Shown: positions 16,476-22,974 of the stretch, piece by piece
Layout: each line of letters opens with the position of its first letter
How positions within the stretch are numbered: position 1 is the stretch's first letter
Virus record (IMG/VR): IMGVR_UViG_3300035135_001837
Coordinates: 1-25,634 of that record
Strand: one strand, 5' to 3'
DNA length: 25,634 nucleotides
Source of the DNA: a virus
Taxonomy: Duplodnaviria > Caudoviricetes
The notes under the pieces: model-generated
The model's database searches: none
The model's input: only the letters and a program-made list of their open reading frames with translations
Told to the model about the DNA's origin: nothing
Position numbers and translations under genes: made by a program

Positions 16476-16488
16476 ACAATTAATTATC

Positions 16489-17967
16489 TTAGAAATTCAA
16501 ATACCAGGTTCCAACTGGATAAGCACCATCGTATGCTAGGACCCATTCATCATTGGTATATTTGTATTGTTTACCTGTGTTAAGATTTGTAGTGTAAACA
16601 ACTGTGCTGTCATCTTCACTTGCATCAAAAATAATGTGCCACCGTGTTCCATCCCATTCAACTATGTCATTTGCACCTGCAATTAAGTCTGATCCGTCAG
16701 CATTTTTCCAAGCGTCTGGTCCGTCATAAGCACTATCTCCTACAGAATCGCTTGTGTTTATTGGTTCTAGTATTAGTATCCTTGCATTGCCTGCTTTTAT
16801 AGTATCTGGATTTGTTTTGTACGGATTTATAATGTAGTCTATTTTGTTTCTATTACCTGAAGGACCTGACATAATTGTATCTGCAGGTAATGTATCAGTA
16901 TCCCAATTTATAGATAGTTCATATTCATCTAAAGGATTAATAGTTACTGTGCCTACTATTTCATTGTCAAGATCTGATCTGCGTAAATGTAGGTTTGTTA
17001 CGCCAGCATTAAAATTAAATGGTAAAGATTTTATGTAACCAGTCCATGTTTCTGCACCTACAACTCCTTTACCTACTAGTTTGGCTGTATTTCCTAAAAC
17101 TAGCAATTCATAATTATCATGACTTGTATTCACTGTGGCAGTTACATCTAATTTTACTATACCTTCATTTGTAATCTGTTCTTCTATTTCTCCTGTACCA
17201 GCTGTGGCTATTCTAATATTTTGTGCATTTTCAGGTTTAGGAGTGCCATCATATCCTTGTATAGTTGGACGCGATAAGTCTAAATCAATTGTGCCTTGTG
17301 TTTCATTGAATATACTTGTAATAACCTGTGTAATTACGCCTAAACGTTTTACTTTTACAGGTGGGCTAATAAAAATTGGTGTATTAAATGTTAGTGTAGC
17401 AACATCAATTTCGCTATCAACACCTACAGGAACACTTTGACTGCTAAAGGTTATATTTTCTAAATTTACTACACTTAAACTTGTCCAATCAATATAGTTG
17501 TCAGTAGTTTGTATTTCTAAACTGGGATTGAAAAGCATTAATATTTGTTCTAAAATTTGTAATTTTTGGTCCGTATTTGAGCTCCATACATCAACATTGA
17601 CTGTAAGAGTGTAAGGAGTTGGCATTAATCTTTCTACAGTGTAATTTTTTCCTTCTTGATCAAGATATTGATTTCCTACGCTATCATACTTTTGTTCGCG
17701 TATGTTTACTTTGTTTACATAACTGCTATCTGCTAATCTATTTGTATCCATTGACAACCCAGTGATATAAACAGCCATTCTTGGTGCGCTTGGAACTTTG
17801 TTTTCAGAATTTTCTCTTATAATGTTTGCTACTTGCCTAGTCAAATCTCCATACATAACAGGTATCTGAGTTAAGTTACCCTTGCCGTCTTTGTATGAAA
17901 AATTACTCATCATTCTTACAAGTTGAGTAATATATCTCCTAATCTGACCATCATAAAAATGTTGCAT
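16489..17967 (-). CDS. Tail sheath stabiliser / tail terminator (T4 gp15-like) with C-terminal extension
   Basis: MQHFYDGQIRRY, IPVMYG, PRMA, PTPYTL, QILEQILMLFNP; located near the neck and sheath genes. Confidence 0.82.
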   Translation of the reverse strand: MQHFYDGQIRRYITQLVRMMSNFSYKDGKGNLTQIPVMYGDLTRQVANIIRENSENKVPSAPRMAVYITGLSMDTNRLADSSYVNKVNIREQKYDSVGNQYLDQEGKNYTVERLMPTPYTLTVNVDVWSSNTDQKLQILEQILMLFNPSLEIQTTDNYIDWTSLSVVNLENITFSSQSVPVGVDSEIDVATLTFNTPIFISPPVKVKRLGVITQVITSIFNETQGTIDLDLSRPTIQGYDGTPKPENAQNIRIATAGTGEIEEQITNEGIVKLDVTATVNTSHDNYELLVLGNTAKLVGKGVVGAETWTGYIKSLPFNFNAGVTNLHLRRSDLDNEIVGTVTINPLDEYELSINWDTDTLPADTIMSGPSGNRNKIDYIINPYKTNPDTIKAGNARILILEPINTSDSVGDSAYDGPDAWKNADGSDLIAGANDIVEWDGTRWHIIFDASEDDSTVVYTTNLNTGKQYKYTNDEWVLAYDGAYPVGTWYLNF

Positions 17968-18767
17968 TATTCTTTATCCAACTTTGGTAACACAGCTCTT
18001 CTATAGTAGAAACTTTTAGCACTAATATGTATTCTCAAAGGTTCGTTAGGAACTTGTTTTGGTTGTGCAGGTCCTACTGTTGTAACATGTTCTCTTGCAC
18101 CAACTAAATCAATTATCATTTGTTTTAGATCATCATAGTCACCTAAACTAACCGGAAATCCTTCGTGTAAATTATAACCAAAATTGTCTTTACTAGGGTT
18201 TTTGGTGTTTATTTTGACGTCTATATCTAATTCTTTTTTAATGTCGTCAATAGTTTCTGACTTGCCGTTTATTCTTGGGTATGTAACTGGAAAAGTGAAA
18301 GAAACATTAGAAGGGAATTCTGGATCTTTGGTTCTCGGCAAATAATAATATCCTTGGTCTATCATAGCATTAGTATTATATTTTAGTCCTTTGAATACAG
18401 TTTGTTCCATGGTGTTAAGAACAAGTCTATGCAAATCTAAAGTATTTTTCATTGCGAGCTTTTCAACTTCATTTGGTTCAAACGCATCAGGAGTGCCTTT
18501 ACCAGACACTTTTTCTTGTTCAACATTATCTGCTTGGCTGTCAATTTGTGCGGCTTCTTCGTCTCCAACAATACCCCAACTAACAAAAGTTTCATTGGGT
18601 TTTGCTTTTTTTGCGGCTCTAATTACACGTTGTTCAAAATCTGGTCTAGTTGTTAAATTTTGAGGAACATTTTTTATGGTTATTTTTCTACCGCTTTTGA
18701 ACTCAACAGCAATAATTACCTTGCCCGTATTTTCATTTAATTTAAATTTTATTTCTTGCCATTTCAT
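17967..18767 (-). CDS. Hypothetical protein, possible internal head protein
   Basis: ATG at 18767 overlaps the upstream TGA (ATGA); begins MKWQEIKFKLNE. Confidence 0.7.
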   Translation of the reverse strand: MKWQEIKFKLNENTGKVIIAVEFKSGRKITIKNVPQNLTTRPDFEQRVIRAAKKAKPNETFVSWGIVGDEEAAQIDSQADNVEQEKVSGKGTPDAFEPNEVEKLAMKNTLDLHRLVLNTMEQTVFKGLKYNTNAMIDQGYYYLPRTKDPEFPSNVSFTFPVTYPRINGKSETIDDIKKELDIDVKINTKNPSKDNFGYNLHEGFPVSLGDYDDLKQMIIDLVGAREHVTTVGPAQPKQVPNEPLRIHISAKSFYYRRAVLPKLDKE

Positions 18768-19972
18768 TGTAATTCTTCCCAATCAAATTCTTCAACATTG
18801 TTATCTTTTTTATCTTCGTCTTCAGGATTAGTTCCTGTGCCGTTTGCATCATTATCTGCTGTTTCTTCGTCACGTTCTTTTTCTAATCTCTTAAGTTCTT
18901 CTTCACGTTCTTTTTTCAGGCGTTCTGCTTTTATACGTGCTTCTTCTGCTTCTTTCTGTTTTTGTTCTTTCTCGATACGTAGACGCTCTGCTTCTGCATC
19001 TGCTTTTGCCTTAGCTTCTGCATCTGCTTTTGCCTTAGCTTCTGCTTTTGCCCTAGCTTCTGCTTCTGCTTTTTCTCTTGCTTCTGCTTCTGCTTGCAGG
19101 GCTTCTTCTCTTTTCTTTTTTTCTGCTTCTGCTTTTGCTGCCGCTTCTTCTTGTGCTTTCTTCTCTGCGGCTATGCGAGACTTTTCAGCTTCTAGATCTG
19201 CTTGTTCTTGATCTTTTTGAGCTTGTATTTGACCTTCTAGATCTTTACGTGTGTCTGACCCAACTACCTTTGCAAATCCTGGATTACCATCTAAAAATTC
19301 AAGTGCGCCCTCGTAATCACCATCCTGTAATAATTTATTAAACTGCTTACCTTCTTTAGCATACTTCGCTAATTCTGAAGTTTTACCTTGATCTGTTGTA
19401 CCTTGTCCTGTTGTATTACCTTGATCTGTTGTACCTTGTCCTGTTGTACTACCTTTACCAGGAGGAGTATATCCAGGAATTCCTGAGCCGTCTTTTACGC
19501 TACCTGTACCTTTACCTGTTCCAGCACCTGTTCCATTACCTGTTCCAGCACCTGTTCCGTCACCTGCACTACCGCCAACATTACTATTACCAGATGCAAT
19601 ATCATCATCACCTGCTACTGCATTAGGACACATGCTTGGTTTTAAAAATGGTACAGACCCACCAGTAACATAGATTTTTCCATTTCGTAAATCATCATAT
19701 CTAATAGGATAAACTGTTTTACTGAGTAATTTTGCAAGAACATTATGTCCAGTGCTTTGTAATTGTTTTACCATTTTATCCTGCAAGGATTTATCATACT
19801 TTACAATCATTTGTCTTACGCTTGTAAGAGCTTGATTGGCCATATCTAAATGATATTTTTTCGTTTGTTTAGATTCTATATCACCTTTACAATAAGCATC
19901 GAAATGTTTAGTTATTGCTAAAGCTAAATTATTCAGTTTAATTTCTTCTGTCATAAATTCTTTATATCTCAT
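18764..19972 (-). CDS. Hypothetical protein with Gly/Thr linker and E/A/K-rich long helix, possible internal head protein
   Basis: Begins MRYKEFMTEE; GTGAGTG and TTGQGTTDQG repeats; AEAKAKADAE tract; acidic tail. Confidence 0.75.
   Translation of the reverse strand: MRYKEFMTEEIKLNNLALAITKHFDAYCKGDIESKQTKKYHLDMANQALTSVRQMIVKYDKSLQDKMVKQLQSTGHNVLAKLLSKTVYPIRYDDLRNGKIYVTGGSVPFLKPSMCPNAVAGDDDIASGNSNVGGSAGDGTGAGTGNGTGAGTGKGTGSVKDGSGIPGYTPPGKGSTTGQGTTDQGNTTGQGTTDQGKTSELAKYAKEGKQFNKLLQDGDYEGALEFLDGNPGFAKVVGSDTRKDLEGQIQAQKDQEQADLEAEKSRIAAEKKAQEEAAAKAEAEKKKREEALQAEAEAREKAEAEARAKAEAKAKADAEAKAKADAEAERLRIEKEQKQKEAEEARIKAERLKKEREEELKRLEKERDEETADNDANGTGTNPEDEDKKDNNVEEFDWEELQ
18990..19055. repeat. Coding tandem repeat, 24-bp unit GCTTCTGCATCTGCTTTTGCCTTA x2 plus a degenerate copy
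   Basis: Exact copies at 18990-19013 and 19014-19037; encodes KAKADAEA on the - strand. Confidence 0.85.
19383..19448. repeat. Coding tandem repeat, 33-bp unit TTACCTTGATCTGTTGTACCTTGTCCTGTTGTA x2
   Basis: Exact copies at 19383-19415 and 19416-19448; encodes TTGQGTTDQG(N/K). Confidence 0.9.
19512..19558. repeat. Coding tandem repeat, 24-bp period TTACCTGTTCCAGCACCTGTTCC(A) x2
   Basis: Copies start at 19512 and 19536; encodes GTGAGTG(N/K). Confidence 0.85.
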
Positions 19973-21108
19973 TATTCATCCGCCTTAGGTCTAAGTGCTT
20001 CGGATAAACTTTGTCTTTCTTTTACAGTTTCTCCGCCAATTGTATTTGTAGTTGAATTATTTATAAATGTGCCTTTTTGATGCAATCTGTTAGTTGATTG
20101 TGTCATTGTCATACGCACATTATCCTCTTGTTTTACCCATCTATTACCATCATATCTAAACAATCTGTTAGGATTAAAATCTGTTCTAAGGAAGTAATCA
20201 CCTTCTGACTGATTGGTCGGAAATGATATTCCATGTCCAAATTCTGCTCCATTTGTAGGAATGCCGTCTCCTAGCAAGTATCCGTTATAACCTGACTTAT
20301 TTGCAGTTTGCATTGTATCAGGTATATTATCGTCATCTGTATCAATAAGTTCTGTATTTCCATTTTCATCTAATTGCAAACTATAGTAATGGCTTGTATC
20401 GTATCCTGATTTTGCGGCATCTGCTTCTGCTTGTTGCACAACTGCATTATTAATCTGCATTTCTTTTTCATATGTGCTTAACATTTTACGCAGTGTATCA
20501 TCTCCTGAAGCACTTTCATCTGCAGGAAGATCTAAAATTTCTTTGTATTCTTGTCCGTCATATATTTGTTTTAATTTTAATCTATATAAGTGCGGATACC
20601 AAGTTTGTGAAAACCCTTCTGCGGCTCTGTTTACATCTTCAACTACATAAAAACGCTTCAAAGCATAGGACAAATCGTTTATTGCATATTCGTCCTTAAG
20701 GTGAGGTAACTCTATAACATCACCTGATATAATTTTTCTACCAAGTGTTTTTACACTGCTATTGATATGCACAGTCAAAAACAAAGTATCATTACTTAAA
20801 AATAATCCAAACTGACTTAAATTGAAATCAATATCTTGGACGTTATATATGCCTCTCATGGTATATACATCTGGATCGTATTTTCTATCTCTATTTTCTA
20901 AAAACAAAAGGTCTTGTATATTCGTCTCTGCAACAGCATCATATCTTGGCTGATCAGCAGTAGCATTTTCTTCAGTAGGGTTTTCAGCCCCTAAAAATTT
21001 ATGTATATTGATATCTGTGCCGCCAACAGTAAACATTTCATAAACTTGCTTGTCTATAAAAGAATAATCGTTGGTTTTTTGTGGTCTATATAAACTTAAT
21101 CTAGGCAT
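19972..21108 (-). CDS. Neck / head completion protein (T4 gp14-like) with C-terminal extension
   Basis: MPRLSLYRP, IQDLLFLENRDRKY, LSQFGLFL, GDVIELPH, WYPHLYRLK. ATG 21108 lies just downstream of ATAAATA on the - strand. Confidence 0.75.
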   Translation of the reverse strand: MPRLSLYRPQKTNDYSFIDKQVYEMFTVGGTDINIHKFLGAENPTEENATADQPRYDAVAETNIQDLLFLENRDRKYDPDVYTMRGIYNVQDIDFNLSQFGLFLSNDTLFLTVHINSSVKTLGRKIISGDVIELPHLKDEYAINDLSYALKRFYVVEDVNRAAEGFSQTWYPHLYRLKLKQIYDGQEYKEILDLPADESASGDDTLRKMLSTYEKEMQINNAVVQQAEADAAKSGYDTSHYYSLQLDENGNTELIDTDDDNIPDTMQTANKSGYNGYLLGDGIPTNGAEFGHGISFPTNQSEGDYFLRTDFNPNRLFRYDGNRWVKQEDNVRMTMTQSTNRLHQKGTFINNSTTNTIGGETVKERQSLSEALRPKADE

Positions 21109-21113
21109 ATACA

Positions 21114-21145
21114 TATTTATCGTTACTAAACAATTACGATAAATA
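21114..21145. promoter_or_regulatory. Back-to-back divergent late promoters, ACGATAAATA on both strands
   Basis: TATTTATCGT (21114-21123) and ACGATAAATA (21136-21145) form a perfect 10-bp inverted repeat between the gp14-like and gp13-like starts. Confidence 0.7.
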
Positions 21146-21162
21146 CTACGGAGACTATAAAC

Positions 21163-21912
21163 ATGGCTATTCAAAAACAAGATATATTCGATTATGTACA
21201 TTCAATGCTAGGCGGAGGCATGGTTGATGTAGAACTTGATCCTGTGCATTATGAAACAGCTCTTACAAAAGCATTAACACGTTTCAGACAAAGATCAGAT
21301 AATTCGGTTGAAGAATCATATTTTTTTATGCCAACTATAATTGATACAAATGAATATACCTTACCCAATGAAATAGTAGAAGTAAGGAAAATATTTAGAC
21401 GTAGTGTAGGTAGTAGAACTGGCGGCGGCGATGGCGGCAGTATTTTTGAACCATTCAATTTAGCATATACAAATGCTTATCTCCTTTCGAGTAGCAATTT
21501 AGGTGGACTTGCAACCTATGATATGTTCAGCCAATATCAAGAACTAGTTGGACGTATGTTTGGATCTTTTATAGAATTTAAATGGAACTCTTATACTAAG
21601 AAAATTACATTATTACAACGCCCTAGAGCAGAAGAAGATCTTTTATTGTATTGCTACAATTATCGTCCAGATGAAAATCTCATGAACGACTATCTTGCTC
21701 AGCAATGGATAAAAGATTACACACTTGCGGCATGTAAGTACATGCTAGGGGAAGCAAGAGAAAAGTTTGCTACTATTGCTGGTCCACAAGGTGGTACAAG
21801 TTTAAATGGTGGAAGTCTTAAAGCAGAGGCACAACAAGAAATGGAAAAACTAGAACAAGAAGTTATACAGCAAGTTTCTGGCGGTGCAGGATACGGTTTC
21901 CTTATAGGTTAA
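21163..21912 (+). CDS. Neck protein (T4 gp13-like head-tail adaptor)
   Basis: LGGGMVDVEL, WIKDYTLAACK, GEAREKFATIAGPQGGTSLNG, LKAEAQQEMEKLE, final FLIG; GGAG RBS. Confidence 0.88.
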   Translation: MAIQKQDIFDYVHSMLGGGMVDVELDPVHYETALTKALTRFRQRSDNSVEESYFFMPTIIDTNEYTLPNEIVEVRKIFRRSVGSRTGGGDGGSIFEPFNLAYTNAYLLSSSNLGGLATYDMFSQYQELVGRMFGSFIEFKWNSYTKKITLLQRPRAEEDLLLYCYNYRPDENLMNDYLAQQWIKDYTLAACKYMLGEAREKFATIAGPQGGTSLNGGSLKAEAQQEMEKLEQEVIQQVSGGAGYGFLIG

Positions 21913-21919
21913 AAATCAC

Positions 21920-21948
21920 TTGACAAATACAAAATAATATTCTATAAT
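21920..21948 (+). promoter_or_regulatory. Consensus sigma70 promoter TTGACA-N17-TATAAT
   Basis: TTGACA at 21920-21925, 17-bp spacer, TATAAT at 21943-21948, 23 bp before the dNMP kinase ATG. Confidence 0.88.
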
Positions 21949-21971
21949 ATATAAATTATGGAAGGTATTTT

Positions 21972-22583
21972 ATGATTATTGGTATTTGTGGTCTAATTGG
22001 TAGTGGTAAAGGTACTGTTGCTGATATATTAGTTGAACAACATAATTTTACAAAAATAAGTTTTGCAGACAAATTAAAAGATGGCGTTGCAACCGTTTTT
22101 GGTTGGGATAGAGCTATGCTTGAAGGAGACACCGATGACAGTAGAGAATGGCGAGAACAAGCAGACAAATTCTGGTCAAACGAAACTAATGAGCACATTA
22201 CCCCTAGATTGGTCCTTCAAATGTTTGGTACTGATTGTATGCGTAATGGTTTTTACGATGGTATTTGGGTAAGTCTTGTAAAACAGCAATTATTACAGGA
22301 TACAACAAAAAACTATGTAATACCTGATGTTAGATTTGTTAATGAAGCAGACATGATACATAATCTCAAAGGACAGGTATGGCATGTAAAACGTGGTCCT
22401 GATCCTGTCTGGTTCAGAATGTACCAAGATATTGGCGTACAACCCAAAGACGTACATGAATCAGAATGGCGATGGGCAAACGTAAATTTTAATGCTATTA
22501 TAGGAAACAATACAACTATAGATGATCTCAAAAGTCAGGTATCAAATCACCTTGCTTCCAGCGAACTCCTTGCTTCTGCATAA
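21972..22583 (+). CDS. Deoxynucleoside monophosphate kinase (T4 gp1-like)
   Basis: P-loop IGICGLIGSGKGT, SFADKLK, TPRLVLQMFGTD, IPDVRFVNE, HESE. Confidence 0.93.
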   Translation: MIIGICGLIGSGKGTVADILVEQHNFTKISFADKLKDGVATVFGWDRAMLEGDTDDSREWREQADKFWSNETNEHITPRLVLQMFGTDCMRNGFYDGIWVSLVKQQLLQDTTKNYVIPDVRFVNEADMIHNLKGQVWHVKRGPDPVWFRMYQDIGVQPKDVHESEWRWANVNFNAIIGNNTTIDDLKSQVSNHLASSELLASA

Positions 22584-22863
22584 GACGTTGACAGTTAGCA
22601 CAAATTGTTTTTAAATTTAACGGGCTACAATTATTCAGATCCCCATCTATATGGAACACATTAAACTGTTCTGGATGTTTGCTTTTATATCCGCATTTTT
22701 CACACACATCTTTTTTGACGTATCCTCTTTGCTTCCATTTTGGAATGCCAGATCCAACTCCATTGCGTAAACATTTTTCGCATAATTTTCTATAATATAT
22801 TTTCTTACCTTTTCGGTAATTTATAGCCGCAGGTCTATGTCCACATTTACATATTGGTCTCAT
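22528..22863 (-). CDS. Zn-finger / HNH-like protein
   Basis: CKC, CEKC, CEKCG, FHIDGDLNNxxxxNLKTICANC; GAGG RBS upstream on the - strand. Confidence 0.8.
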   Translation of the reverse strand: MRPICKCGHRPAAINYRKGKKIYYRKLCEKCLRNGVGSGIPKWKQRGYVKKDVCEKCGYKSKHPEQFNVFHIDGDLNNCSPLNLKTICANCQRLMQKQGVRWKQGDLIPDF

Positions 22864-22878
22864 ATTGTATTTACCTCA

Positions 22879-22922
22879 CCTTTTTGACCCCTTTTTGATG
22901 GTGATATCTTATACCTTTTTCA
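22879..22922. repeat. Three short direct repeats CCTTTTT(G/C)A in the divergent intergenic region
   Basis: Copies at 22879-22887, 22890-22898 and 22914-22922. Confidence 0.65.
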
Positions 22923-22931
22923 AATAATATG

Positions 22932-22938
22932 CTAAATA
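22932..22938 (+). promoter_or_regulatory. Late promoter-like motif CTAAATA upstream of the tail sheath gene
   Basis: TAAATA core about 40 bp upstream of the sheath ATG; CAGGAG RBS at about 22961-22966. Confidence 0.55.
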
Positions 22939-22974
22939 TATGTAGACACAAAGATTCCAACAGGAGAAAAAATT

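Noticed and set aside
16476-16488. GATAATTA on the - strand upstream of NUDIX as a late promoter variant
   Set aside because: Single mismatched instance in AT-rich DNA; not supportable without more examples.
18756-19211. 151-aa Ser/Ala/Phe-rich + strand ORF
   Set aside because: Antisense shadow of the E/A/K-rich repeat in 18764-19972.
18990-19558. Repeats considered as a CRISPR array
   Set aside because: Two adjacent copies each, no spacers, in-frame within a CDS, no cas genes.
21109-21201. ORF-track start of the gp14-like gene at 21201
   Set aside because: It would overlap gp13 head-to-head and span the promoter region; ATG 21108 (MPRLSLY) fits better.
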